Source of the DNA: Myxococcales bacterium
Lineage (GTDB): Bacteria > Myxococcota_A > UBA9042 > GCA-2863065
Assembly: GCA_018780435.1 (NCBI GenBank)
Contig: JADMJS010000157.1
Coordinates: 621 to 64,620 of the forward strand
DNA length: 64,000 bases
Direction: 5' to 3'
Shown here: one piece after another, positions 38,188 to 47,743 of the stretch
Layout: every line of letters starts with the position of its first letter
How positions within the stretch are numbered: the first letter of the stretch is position 1
Translations under genes and position numbers: made by a program
The notes under the pieces: model-generated
What the model was told of the DNA's origin: nothing
Databases searched by the model: none
What the model saw: only the letters and a program-made list of their open reading frames with translations

Positions 38188-39273
38188 GTGAACAGGCGCC
38201 TCTGGGTCTTCGCGACGGTCACCGCGGGCGTGCTCTCGGGCTCGGGGTGTCGCTGCTCGGCGCAAGAGTCCGGCCCGGCGGTGACGACTGCTCAGCACGG
38301 CCCCTTGAGGGAAGTCGTGTTCCACGGCATGTGCGACGCGTCGGCGGCAGTGCCCCTCTCGGGGAACGTATTCATGGTGGCGGACGATGAGGACAACGTC
38401 CTCCGGGCCTATGACGCCGAGCGTGGGGGGCCGCCGCTGTGGTCGGTGGACGTCTCGGCGGCGATCGGGATCGCGGCCCAGCCGACTAGGCCCGGCAAGA
38501 AGCCGAAGCGCGCCCCGGAGGCCGATCTCGAAGGGGCCACACGCGTCGGCGACTTGGGCTTCTGGATGAGCTCCCATGGCCGGAACAGCTCCGGGAAGCT
38601 GAAACGTGAACGGCTACGGCTCTTTGCGACGCGCCTGCCGGGAGATAGCGACGCGGCGGCCGGTGACGCGGCGGTCTCCGTCGTGGGCCGGGCCTACGAG
38701 GGGCTCCTCGGCGACCTCATCGCGGAGCCGCGACTCGGTGCCTTCGGCTTGGCCGCCGCCGCCGAGCTGGCGCCGAAAGACCCCGGCGGCTTCAACCTCG
38801 AGGGCATGACCGCGCGCCCCGATGGAGGGGTGTGGCTCGGGTTTCGGAACCCCATCCCCGGGGGCCTCGCGCTCCTGGTTCCCCTCCTCAACCCGGAAGC
38901 GCTCGTCAATGGCGCCGCGGCGCGTTTCGGCGACCCGGTCCGCCTCGACCTCGGCGGGCTCGGGGTGCGGGCTCTCTCGGAGCTCGACGGCGAGATCATC
39001 ATCGCGGCGGGCAGTTACGAGAGTGGTGGCGTGGCGCGTCTCTATCGGTGGCGCGAGGGGCGAGCGCCCGTCGCGGTGACGGAGCTCACCTTCCATGACT
39101 TCAATCCGGAGGGCGTCTTCTCACCGGTAGGGCGACAGGACTTCCTGCTCATCAGCGACGACGGACGCCGCAAGATCGATGGGAGCGAGTGCAAGACGCT
39201 CAAAGACTCGTCGAAGAAGCGCTTCCGCGCGGTGTGGGTGCCGGAGGGTACCTTCCCGGGCGCCGCTCCCTGA
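38188..39273 (+). CDS. Secreted DUF3616-like (beta-propeller) protein
   Basis: CDASAAV, VADDEDN, DLEGA, SSHGRN, NLEG, GFRNP, NPEG and SDDG motifs. Confidence 0.75.
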   Translation: MNRRLWVFATVTAGVLSGSGCRCSAQESGPAVTTAQHGPLREVVFHGMCDASAAVPLSGNVFMVADDEDNVLRAYDAERGGPPLWSVDVSAAIGIAAQPTRPGKKPKRAPEADLEGATRVGDLGFWMSSHGRNSSGKLKRERLRLFATRLPGDSDAAAGDAAVSVVGRAYEGLLGDLIAEPRLGAFGLAAAAELAPKDPGGFNLEGMTARPDGGVWLGFRNPIPGGLALLVPLLNPEALVNGAAARFGDPVRLDLGGLGVRALSELDGEIIIAAGSYESGGVARLYRWREGRAPVAVTELTFHDFNPEGVFSPVGRQDFLLISDDGRRKIDGSECKTLKDSSKKRFRAVWVPEGTFPGAAP

Positions 39274-39325
39274 CCGCCAAACCATGTGGTAGGGTTCGCA
39301 CCCTGCTCTCGGCCCCCGAGTTACG

Positions 39326-40297
39326 ATGCCGCAACGCTCCCATGATCCACGTCCAGACGAGACCCTGTCACCGTACCGGACGTACTCGCGTGCCGAGTGG
39401 GCGGCGCTACGGGAACACGAGACCCAGCCGCTCACGGCGGACGAGGTCGCTCGGCTCCGGTCGCTGAACGATCCCATCTCGCTCGAGGAGGTGGGTGAGA
39501 TCTACCTCCCGCTGTCCCGCCTGCTCTCCTTGCACGTCACGGCGACGCAGTCGCTGTTTGCGGCCACCCAGCGCTTCATGCGGTCGCCGGATGCCGTGAA
39601 GACGCCGTTCATTCTGGGCGTCGCGGGTTCGGTCGCGGTTGGGAAGTCCACGACGGCGCGTGTACTTCAGGCGCTGCTCTCGCGTTGGCCGGGGTCGCCG
39701 CGCGTCTCGCTCATCACGACCGACGGCTTCTTGCTCCCCAACACGGCGCTCGCCGAGCGCGGCCTGATGGCGCGAAAGGGCTTCCCGGAGAGCTACGACA
39801 CCCGCGGGCTCCTGCGCTTTCTGAGCGACATCAAAGCGGGCCGTCGTCGGGTCGAAGCGCCCGTGTATTCGCACCTGTCGTACGACGTCATCCCAGGCGC
39901 GAGCGTGGTCCTCGACGAGCCGGACATCGTCATCGTCGAAGGGCTCAACGTCCTGCAGCCGGCGCGTTTGCCACCGGACGGCGAACACGTCCCCTTCGTG
40001 TCGGACTTCTTCGACTTCTCGGTCTACCTCGACGCGGAGGAGTCGCTGCTGCGGACGTGGTACGTCGAGCGCTTCATGCGCCTCCGAGAAACGGCGTTCC
40101 GCGACCCGCGATCCTACTTCGTGAAGTACGCCGCGCTCGGCGAGGCCGAGGCGCTCGACGTCGCCGGCAGCGTCTGGGACGCCATCAACCTCGTGAACCT
40201 GCGGGAGAACATCCGCCCCACGCGTCAGCGCGCGAAGCTCATCCTGCGCAAAGGCCAGGACCACCTCATCGACGAGGTCTCGTTGCGCCGGATCTGA
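39326..40297 (+). CDS. coaA: Type I pantothenate kinase
   Basis: [53 protein letters not shown] and VSDFFDFS. Confidence 0.97.
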   Translation: MPQRSHDPRPDETLSPYRTYSRAEWAALREHETQPLTADEVARLRSLNDPISLEEVGEIYLPLSRLLSLHVTATQSLFAATQRFMRSPDAVKTPFILGVAGSVAVGKSTTARVLQALLSRWPGSPRVSLITTDGFLLPNTALAERGLMARKGFPESYDTRGLLRFLSDIKAGRRRVEAPVYSHLSYDVIPGASVVLDEPDIVIVEGLNVLQPARLPPDGEHVPFVSDFFDFSVYLDAEESLLRTWYVERFMRLRETAFRDPRSYFVKYAALGEAEALDVAGSVWDAINLVNLRENIRPTRQRAKLILRKGQDHLIDEVSLRRI

Positions 40298-40316
40298 CGC
40301 GTCTCCTGGGTGGGCG

Positions 40317-41876
40317 CTACTGCCAGGTGCCCGTGAGGGCCGACGGGGCGTAGCGTCGCACTCGGACCCAATCGTAAGACCAGGGGATGCCGCCGAAGGC
40401 CGTCGAGCCGACGAAGATCCGGTCGCGTCCAGTCCCCCGGGCTTGAAATGTGGAACAGGTCCCGTCGAGCGTCAGGCAGGCGCGGACCTGACCGCCGTGC
40501 AGTTGGACGGCGACGACGGACGTCGTGCCTCGAATGTTGGTCGACGAGAACGACGTGGTCTGGCCAGTGCCGTAATAGAGCGAATGGGTCGGGCCCTCGT
40601 CGTCGCACACCCAGCCGACGGCGGCGTTGTTCTGGGTGGCAGTGGTCGTGAAGTCCGAGCTGACGGCCGCGACGATCGGATCGGCGTCGCTGGTACCGGT
40701 GGCCGCGATGGTTATGCGGGTCTCAAGCGTGACGCTCTCCGAAAGCAGCGCGGACGAGGACATCAGGCCACATTCCCGGTTGTTGGCGTTTTGGGCGCCA
40801 CTGCGGAGCTCGCCACCGCTCACAGACGGCGTGCACGTGTCGGTGGCGATCTGCCAGCGGACGAGGTCGATGGGCGCGCCGAAGTCCTCATAGAAGTCGA
40901 AGACCTCCGGCGCCGAGTCGACGCCGCTCGCGGCGGCCTTCTGGAAGACGAAGGCGGCGCTCGACGACGCGGCGAGCGTCGGGAGCTTCACCCAGACGAC
41001 GTTCGAGGCCGCCTTGCCGCACTCGCCGCTCGGCTGCTCGAAGCAGTAGGGGACCGCCGCGCCGCCGGGTGCGAGCACCTCGAAGATGGGCCCATAGACG
41101 GCGATGAAGTCGGCCACGTCGACCCGAAGCTGATAGTCGGACACGGCGGACCCGTTCGGGTTCTGGACTTGGAAGACCCGCGACAGCCCCTCGAAGGAGC
41201 CACCCACCGCCGTCCACGCGAGGCCGTTGCAGAAGCGGAGCTGCTTCGAGGCCTTGTCGTACTGAATGGCGCCTTCGAGCGCGGGGCTGCACTCGGCCGT
41301 GGTCGCCGCGACGCGAATGGCGCCGCCGACATCGAGCGCGACGACCGGCGCCGGCTGACTGACCCCCACGAAGCCCGCCGCGTCCTGAACGAGCGCCGAG
41401 GCGCCAAGGCCGTCAGGCGTGAGTAGAGCCAAGCTGCCGTGCTCGTCCTGAGTGATACCGAGCTGACTGGCTCCGACGCAGCCGGTACACGCGAGCGCCC
41501 CCGCCTCGTGCGCATACGCCGCCACTTCGGCCCAAGGGACCGCAGAGAGCGGCCGCCGCGGAAGCTCCGGCTCTTGCTCGACCGACACGGACACCCACAG
41601 CGCGTCATGGTCCCGCCAGAGGGTCGTCGGGAGCGCCGTGAAGGCCCCGAGCTTGAGCGAGAAGAGGCCATCCCCCACGGGCACGGCCGGATGGATCTCA
41701 CTCCAGACGAGCGTGCCCGCGCTCTCGGCGGTCCAGAGGCCGACCTTCACGGTATAGAGCCCGTCGGTGACGGGCCCGGCGGCGTTCCGAAGCTGCCCTT
41801 GGACGGGAGTGCCGTCGTAGGCCAGCGCGGCGGGGGAGAGCGCGAGGGCGAGTGCAGTGAGGATGGCGGGTCGCAT
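40317..41876 (-). CDS. Secreted fibre/adhesin-like protein with C-terminal DUF2341-like domain
   Basis: Signal peptide from ATG 41876. QGQL...WSE...DGLFSLKLG...L.AVPWA head; VGVSQPAP..LDVGG...C...EGAIQYD...FCNG..W fibre motif; VWVKLP and VFDFYEDF. Confidence 0.7.
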   Translation of the reverse strand: MRPAILTALALALSPAALAYDGTPVQGQLRNAAGPVTDGLYTVKVGLWTAESAGTLVWSEIHPAVPVGDGLFSLKLGAFTALPTTLWRDHDALWVSVSVEQEPELPRRPLSAVPWAEVAAYAHEAGALACTGCVGASQLGITQDEHGSLALLTPDGLGASALVQDAAGFVGVSQPAPVVALDVGGAIRVAATTAECSPALEGAIQYDKASKQLRFCNGLAWTAVGGSFEGLSRVFQVQNPNGSAVSDYQLRVDVADFIAVYGPIFEVLAPGGAAVPYCFEQPSGECGKAASNVVWVKLPTLAASSSAAFVFQKAAASGVDSAPEVFDFYEDFGAPIDLVRWQIATDTCTPSVSGGELRSGAQNANNRECGLMSSSALLSESVTLETRITIAATGTSDADPIVAAVSSDFTTTATQNNAAVGWVCDDEGPTHSLYYGTGQTTSFSSTNIRGTTSVVAVQLHGGQVRACLTLDGTCSTFQARGTGRDRIFVGSTAFGGIPWSYDWVRVRRYAPSALTGTWQ

Positions 41877-42114
41877 GGCGCTACCATTGCGAAGTTTCTT
41901 GGGGATGTCGAGGGCGTCGGCATGCCACCCCCTGCCTTCCCCATATCTCGCTGACATTTGTGTTCAGGAGCCCGGCGCCAGGCACGAACGAGTCGCCGCG
42001 ACCATCGAGAGACCTCGCTGACCCTTGAATTCAGGAGCCGCGGGCATCGATTCGAACGTTGCCGTGTGGCATAAGGGCCGTGTCCCCCTGGCAGCACTAC
42101 AAGGAGTTCCCTAC

Positions 42115-43065
42115 ATGACGCCACGCTGGTCCGCCCCTTCGGCCGTTCTTTTCTCCCTAGCCCTCGCTGCCGCGTCGTCGGGATGCGGCGGGGACAGCAG
42201 CGCCGCGTCGTCTTCGGCTGGGTCCGACGCCAGCATCGGAAGCGACGCAGCCGGTGGGACCCCGGGGGGCCTCGACGCGTCCAAGGAGGGCGGAGCGGAC
42301 TCGGACGGCGCTGAGGGCACGGATGGGACCGACGGCAAGGATGGGACCGACGGCACGGATGGGACCGACGGCACGGATGGGGCCGACGGCACGGATGGGG
42401 CCGACGGCAGAGATGGGACCGAGGGTACGGACGCCATCGACGCGTCGAGCGGGACCGACGGCGCCGACGAAGCCGGCACGTTTCCCAACGGCTCAAGCTG
42501 CGCGTTAGACGATGAATGCGCCTCGGGCCACTGCTACAGCTTTCCCCTCCAGGACGGCTCCTGCGGGGAGTGCAAGGAAGACGCCGACTGCCCGGGGGGC
42601 GGATGCAGCCCTCCGAGCCCGTTCACGAAACGGCCTTCGGCGTGCTCCGATGGGCAACTGGGGAGTGGCTGCGAGACGGCTGCGGCATGTCAGGACGGGC
42701 TCGTGTGCCTCAACGTGTTCACCCTCTTCGGCCTAATTCCGCTCCAGACCTGCGGCAATTGCCAGAGCGACTGGGAATGCCCGGTCGGTCAGGTGTGCGC
42801 CCCAGTGGGGTCGATTTCCGAGGTCACGGGTCAGAGAGAGTGCGTGCCGAAGAAATCGCGCCCTCAGGACGCGATCTGCGACGCGGAGGGCGGCGGAGAC
42901 GCCGCCTGTGTGGGAGTGTGCTCGCTGGTCGTCTACAACGGCTTGGATTTGTTCGGGGCCTGCGGCGAGTGCAAGGCCGATGCGGACTGCACAGGCGGAC
43001 TTACGTGTCTCCCCGGTGAGTTCGATGGCTTAACGGGCGAGCTCGCCGGCTCGCGGTGCCAGTAG
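42115..43065 (+). CDS. Cys-rich lipoprotein with acidic G-x-D repeat linker
   Basis: AAGGAG RBS, ATG 42115, lipobox SSGC-GG, (GTD)n tract and CGECxxDADC modules. Confidence 0.8.
   Translation: MTPRWSAPSAVLFSLALAAASSGCGGDSSAASSSAGSDASIGSDAAGGTPGGLDASKEGGADSDGAEGTDGTDGKDGTDGTDGTDGTDGADGTDGADGRDGTEGTDAIDASSGTDGADEAGTFPNGSSCALDDECASGHCYSFPLQDGSCGECKEDADCPGGGCSPPSPFTKRPSACSDGQLGSGCETAAACQDGLVCLNVFTLFGLIPLQTCGNCQSDWECPVGQVCAPVGSISEVTGQRECVPKKSRPQDAICDAEGGGDAACVGVCSLVVYNGLDLFGACGECKADADCTGGLTCLPGEFDGLTGELAGSRCQ
42316..42423 (+). repeat. 18 bp tandem repeat, six copies (VNTR-like)
   Basis: GGCACGGATGGGACCGAC and variants, six in-frame copies. Confidence 0.9.
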
Positions 43066-43104
43066 TCCCCCGCCCTCGCTCGCGCTTGCGGTTCTCGCTG
43101 ACCG

Positions 43105-43315
43105 TTGCGAAAGAGCTGGGGTGGTGTGGAGGCCATCACCGTCGCCGTCGAGCAGCTCGCGAGCCTCGACGAGGCCACCCGACTCTTCTACTATGACCTC
43201 GTCGTCTCGCGTCTCGACGAGGCGTCACGCTCCAGGCAGCAAGCACTCGTGCATGCACCTGGATACCACTACGAATCCGAGTTCGCTCGACGCTACAAGG
43301 CCGAGGGCAAGGCCA
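43105..43315 (+). pseudogene. Fragment resembling the C-terminus of Rpn/YhgA-like proteins
   Basis: LDEATRLFYYDLVVSRL.EASR...GYHYESEFARRYKAEGKA; no nuclease domain, and similarity ends about 30 bp before the vapC stop. Confidence 0.45.
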
Positions 43316-43343
43316 GCCCACGACAGTTTACGCGGCGAAATCG

Positions 43344-43757
43344 TCAGCTTACGGTCAAGAGTCCCATGGCACGAGCCGCTGTGGCCAACTGCACATCGTG
43401 AGTGGCTAGTATCAGCGAGGTCGTTCGCGACTGGCTCCATAAGACTGCCGTCGCCAAGTGAATTGCGTCGACCGTCCCGAGGGGAGTTGGAAACGGCTCG
43501 GCAGCCCGTCGGAGCACGACCGGAGTCACGTCCACGCGTTCCATACGCTCGAGTAGACGTATCACCAGCCCTCGCCGGTCCGCGAGGTCCTCGACGTCAA
43601 TCAGTCCCTGACGATAGCGCCGATCAAGGGTCCGGAGGCACTCGACCTCGGTCAGAGTGCTGGTGACGGCTTGCGAGATTGCGAGCCAATCAGTGAGGCG
43701 GTCGGGTTGCGATAGCACAACTCGGAGCAAGACCGACGAGTCCACGTAGGCGATCAC
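43344..43757 (-). CDS. vapC: Type II toxin, VapC/PIN domain
   Basis: YVDSSVLL, LTEVE, LGTVDAIHLATA and THDVQLATAA; GTGA overlap with the antitoxin. Confidence 0.93.
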   Translation of the reverse strand: MIAYVDSSVLLRVVLSQPDRLTDWLAISQAVTSTLTEVECLRTLDRRYRQGLIDVEDLADRRGLVIRLLERMERVDVTPVVLRRAAEPFPTPLGTVDAIHLATAVLWSQSRTTSLILATHDVQLATAARAMGLLTVS

Positions 43758-44047
43758 AGCCGGTCCGCGCGTTCCTCGCGAAGCTGGTCGAGCACATCCA
43801 CACTCGCGGAACGCGGCTCCAGCGACTCCCGAGACGCCGTCGGACGTCTTGGGGGCCCGAGGAGTGGCACGTCGTGGAGCGCACCGTTGGCACTGCGTAC
43901 TGTCAGTTCGAGGCCCACGGCGGCGATCGGGATGATTCGAGCGATCGGCTCGCGACGGTCGAGGACCAGGACAGTCTCGCCACGGCGAACGGCTTGAAGG
44001 TGTTCGCTCAGATGAGCCTTGAGTTCAGCGGTGCCGACAGTAGTCAT
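43754..44047 (-). CDS. Phd/YefM-family antitoxin
   Basis: VGTAELKAHLSEHLQAVRRGETVLV.DR..PIARIIP. Confidence 0.92.
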   Translation of the reverse strand: MTTVGTAELKAHLSEHLQAVRRGETVLVLDRREPIARIIPIAAVGLELTVRSANGALHDVPLLGPPRRPTASRESLEPRSASVDVLDQLREERADRL

Positions 44048-44099
44048 AGGGCCAGATGATAGTCATCGATAGTCATTCCGTCAAAGCGGTTCATGACGG
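44041..44099. promoter_or_regulatory. Candidate TA autoregulatory operator
   Basis: TAGTCAT three times (44041, 44060, 44070), palindrome GATGA-TAG-TCATC (44055-44067), and inverted repeat CCGTCA...TGACGG. Confidence 0.6.
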
Positions 44100-44211
44100 C
44101 ATGGACCGGGCAGTTAGGAGCTCTGAGGCCGCCCCCCGAAAAGGCCGCCCACTCAGCCGGCCTCTCCAGACCAATGTCTCGGTCCACCGTCGCTCGACAG
44201 CGCTCCACCGC

Positions 44212-45264
44212 TCATCGCCTCGAGTAGTGCGCCTCGACCGCCCGCGCCATCCGCTCGGCCGAGAACGCGTCCCGGACGCGCGCCGGACCACCCGAGCCCG
44301 AGATCGAGCGGGCGAGCGCCGCCGCCAGCGCGCCGTCGCGCCGCTCCACCACCAGGACCCCGTCGCGCTCCCCGCCGAGCTCCACGAGCGGCCCGCCCGC
44401 TGTGACGAGGACCGGCTTTCCGAGCTGCATCGCTTCGAGGAGGACGAGCGGTAGGTCGACCTTGCCCGCGAGCGAGGTCGCCGGCATCGCGACCACGTCG
44501 ACGCTCGCGAGCAGCGTCGGCATCGAGTCCACCACGCCCAGGAACACGCCCCGCGCGCCGAGCCGGGCCCGTAGTCGGGCTTCGGTGGCGGCCCGCCCTG
44601 CCCCCTTCGGGCGGCACGCGAGGACCAATACCGTGTCTGGTGTCGCCAAGACCGCGTCGGCTAGGGGCTCCGCGCCGCCGCCCTCGGACAAATCCCCGGC
44701 GAACAGAACGAGCCGCGCACCGGTCGGGAGCCCGAAGCGGGCGCGGTCCGGGGTCGGGACGGACACGAGCGGAGGAAGGCCCGGATGGACGACGTGGACA
44801 TCACGCGCCCCCGCCGCCCGGAGGCGCTCGGCCGTGTATTCACTGACCGCGAGGTGGGTGTCCGCGAAGAACGTGGGCTCCCCGACCGGCTCCGAGGCGA
44901 CCGTGTGCACGAGGCGTCGCCGCTTGAAGGTGAAGAGCGTCCGCACGATGGCGCTCGTCTTCGGATTGGGCGCGAAGAAGAAATGGTAGGTCGGGATGGC
45001 GTCCGGCCGCGCCAGCCGCAGCGCCACACGGGCGTTCTGGGCTAGCGACGGGGCGTAGTGCGACTCGGCCCCGTAGATGCGGTCGAAGACCGGTGGGACC
45101 ACGGCGTGACGCCACCATGCGTGGGACCCGCTCGGGTGCTCCGGCCCCACGAGGCAATGAAATCGGGTACTTTGGGCGTAGAGGACGAGATCTCGCGCGA
45201 GGTTCTTCGAGCCGTCCGTCCACGGCGGGACGAGGGGCTTAGAGACCAGCAGGACCTCGTTCAT
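44212..45264 (-). CDS. Glycosyltransferase family 4
   Basis: AVSEYT, LVLFAG, FLGVVDSM..LLASVDV and PLVLLEAMQLGKPVL. Confidence 0.88.
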   Translation of the reverse strand: MNEVLLVSKPLVPPWTDGSKNLARDLVLYAQSTRFHCLVGPEHPSGSHAWWRHAVVPPVFDRIYGAESHYAPSLAQNARVALRLARPDAIPTYHFFFAPNPKTSAIVRTLFTFKRRRLVHTVASEPVGEPTFFADTHLAVSEYTAERLRAAGARDVHVVHPGLPPLVSVPTPDRARFGLPTGARLVLFAGDLSEGGGAEPLADAVLATPDTVLVLACRPKGAGRAATEARLRARLGARGVFLGVVDSMPTLLASVDVVAMPATSLAGKVDLPLVLLEAMQLGKPVLVTAGGPLVELGGERDGVLVVERRDGALAAALARSISGSGGPARVRDAFSAERMARAVEAHYSRR

Positions 45265-45283
45265 CGCGCCCCGCCCAAGGCCG

Positions 45284-47701
45284 TCAACTGCGCAGCACGC
45301 CGCCGAGCTCGGCTACGGCAGCCACGATCCCCTTCGTGAAGCCCGCCACCTCGTCACTCGTGAGCGACCGGTCGTCGAGCCGGAACACGAGGTGGTAGGC
45401 ATCGGAACGCGTCCCGTTCGGGAGCGGGAAGGAGCTCATCCAGCTCAGCTCGCGCAGCGGCGCACCCGCCGCCCCTCGCCGAATCGCGTCCGCGACGGCG
45501 GCCGTGGGTAGCGCCACCGGCACTTCGAAGGCGACGTCGAACGGGACGGCCGGGAAGCGCGCCAGCGGCGTGTACCGCGTCGCGCCTTCACCCTCCGCGA
45601 GCAGTAGGTCGAGATCGAGCTCGGCCAGTGCGGTCGGGCGCCGCAAGTCGAGGGCTCGGGCCGCGGCCGGGTGCAGCAAGGTCAGGTAGCCCGCGTGCGC
45701 GTCGCCCACGAACACCTCGAGCGACCGCGACGGGTGCAGCCACGTCGCGCGAAGGCCGACCGCCCCCGCTTCGGGCCGCTTGAACGTGATGCGGTCCGGG
45801 CGTGCCCGCGTCGCGGCGATGACCGCGTCCACGAGCCCCCGCAGCGTGCGCCATTGCGCCTCGGGACCGTCCGTCTTCTCCGAAACGACGGCGCCGACCA
45901 TGCGGGGCTGGTGCGGGAGCCCCTCGCCACGCGGGTCGAAGACGCGCCCGATCTCGTACATCCGGATTCGGTCCGTCTGCCGGGCGTTGCGTTCGGCGTG
46001 GGTGAGCAGGTTCGGCGCCAGCCAACACCGGAGCCGATCTTGCTCCGACGAGAGCGAGTTCTGGAGCTCGACCCGGCCGCCGAGATCAGCGCCGAGGCGC
46101 TCAAGCAGCGGCTTGCTGTCGAACGCGTAGCTCACTGTCTCGGACATGGCAGCGCCGAGCGAGAGCACGCGGCGCACCCGGCGCTCCTGGAGCTTCTCGA
46201 CCGGCAGCCGCGGCGCGCTCATGAGGACCTGAGCCGCGACCGGCGGGATCTCGGAGTACCCGTGCAGTCGGCCGACCTCCTCGATGAGGTCCTCTTCGAT
46301 GCGCACGTCACGCGTCGCGCGCCAGCTCGGGACGTCGACCGTGAGCGTGCCCGGCGCGCCGTCGCGGACGCCGAAGCCGAGGCCGCGCAAGAAGGTCTCG
46401 ACCCGAGCCTTCGGCATCTCGAGCCCGAGCCGCTCGGACACGGCCGAGAGGCGCAGGGTCAACGTGAGCGGCGCCGGGAGGGGCGCGCAGACGTCGGTGA
46501 GCGGCGAGCTGATCCGCGCGCCAGGGACGGTCTCCACGAGGAGCCGCGCGAAGAGGTGCGCCGCCGACGCCGCGAGGTGGGGATCGAGCGCCTTCTCGAA
46601 ACGCGCTGACGCGTCCGTGCGAAGCCCGAGCCGCGACGAGGTCTTGCGGACGCTGTCCGCCGAGAAGTTGGCGGCTTCGAGGACCACCGACGTGGTCTCT
46701 TCGCCGATCTCCGAGTTCTCGCCGCCCATGACGCCGGCGATCGCGACGGCACGCGCAGCCCCCGCCGCGTCTGCCGTGGCAATCACCACCGCCCCCTCCG
46801 GGAGAACCCGGTCCTGCCCATCGAGCGTGCGGAACGCCTCCTGCGGGCCGGCGCTCCGCACGACGATGCCGCCGGCGTCGAGCTTCCCAGAATCGAAGGC
46901 ATGGATGGGGTTGCCCAAGTCGAGCATCACGAAGTTCGTGAGGTCGACGACGTTCGACCGAGGCCGCTGCCCGACCGCCCGGAGCGCCCATGCGAGCCAC
47001 GCGGGGGACGGACCGACCGTCACGCCATCGAAGCGCAGCGCGAGGTAACGCGGGCAGAGCTCCGCCGACTCGACGCGTACCGGCACGCGCTCCCCGTTAG
47101 ACGGGATCGGCAGCGGCGCCGACTCGGGCCGAAGCGGCCGTCCCGTGAGCGACGCGACTTCGCGCGCGATGCCGCGGTGACCCCAGAGGTCCGGCCTATG
47201 CGTGATGGCCTTGTTGTCGACCTCGAAGACGACGTCACGGACGGGCAGCGCGTCCACGAGCGCCTGCCCCGGGGTGCCCTCGTCGAGGATCAAGATGCCG
47301 CCGTGCTCTTCGGACAGCCCAAGCTCGGCCTCGGACGCAAGCATACCTGCGCTCTCGACCCCGCGGACGGCCGCCACCTCGATGCGCGTCCCATCTGGGA
47401 GCGTCGTGCCGGGCGGTACCCACGCCGCCAGCCGCCCAACGGCGTCTTTCGCGTTCGGCGCGCCGCAGACGAGGCGCTGCTCCGACGCACCGTCCGAGAT
47501 GCGGACCAGCGAGAGCTTGTCGGAGCTCGGATGTTTGTCCACCTCGAGCACGCGTACCAAGGTCACCCGCTCGATGCCCTTGCCGAGCTCATGAATGCCG
47601 TCGAGCTCCGCGACCTTGAGCGTGAAGAGGCGACCCACCTCGTGCGGGTCGAGCCCGTCCGTGTCGAGGTGCCGTGAGAGCCAATTCCAAGAGATGCGCA
47701 T
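45284..47701 (-). CDS. pheT: Phenylalanine-tRNA ligase beta subunit
   Basis: MRISWNWL, VCGAPN, RGVESAGML, RTDASARFEK, VPSWRAT.D...DLIEEVGR and RFPAV.FD. Confidence 0.97.
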   Translation of the reverse strand: MRISWNWLSRHLDTDGLDPHEVGRLFTLKVAELDGIHELGKGIERVTLVRVLEVDKHPSSDKLSLVRISDGASEQRLVCGAPNAKDAVGRLAAWVPPGTTLPDGTRIEVAAVRGVESAGMLASEAELGLSEEHGGILILDEGTPGQALVDALPVRDVVFEVDNKAITHRPDLWGHRGIAREVASLTGRPLRPESAPLPIPSNGERVPVRVESAELCPRYLALRFDGVTVGPSPAWLAWALRAVGQRPRSNVVDLTNFVMLDLGNPIHAFDSGKLDAGGIVVRSAGPQEAFRTLDGQDRVLPEGAVVIATADAAGAARAVAIAGVMGGENSEIGEETTSVVLEAANFSADSVRKTSSRLGLRTDASARFEKALDPHLAASAAHLFARLLVETVPGARISSPLTDVCAPLPAPLTLTLRLSAVSERLGLEMPKARVETFLRGLGFGVRDGAPGTLTVDVPSWRATRDVRIEEDLIEEVGRLHGYSEIPPVAAQVLMSAPRLPVEKLQERRVRRVLSLGAAMSETVSYAFDSKPLLERLGADLGGRVELQNSLSSEQDRLRCWLAPNLLTHAERNARQTDRIRMYEIGRVFDPRGEGLPHQPRMVGAVVSEKTDGPEAQWRTLRGLVDAVIAATRARPDRITFKRPEAGAVGLRATWLHPSRSLEVFVGDAHAGYLTLLHPAAARALDLRRPTALAELDLDLLLAEGEGATRYTPLARFPAVPFDVAFEVPVALPTAAVADAIRRGAAGAPLRELSWMSSFPLPNGTRSDAYHLVFRLDDRSLTSDEVAGFTKGIVAAVAELGGVLRS

Positions 47702-47743
47702 GACCAGTCCTGAAGAACGGGAGGGGCGGGAGTAGGCGACGCG

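Noticed and set aside
36304-38577. Overlapping 757 aa (-) and 611 aa (+) ORFs as large or fused proteins
   Set aside because: Each is a real gene (barrel protein, queE) extended by read-through into the antisense strand of its divergent neighbour.
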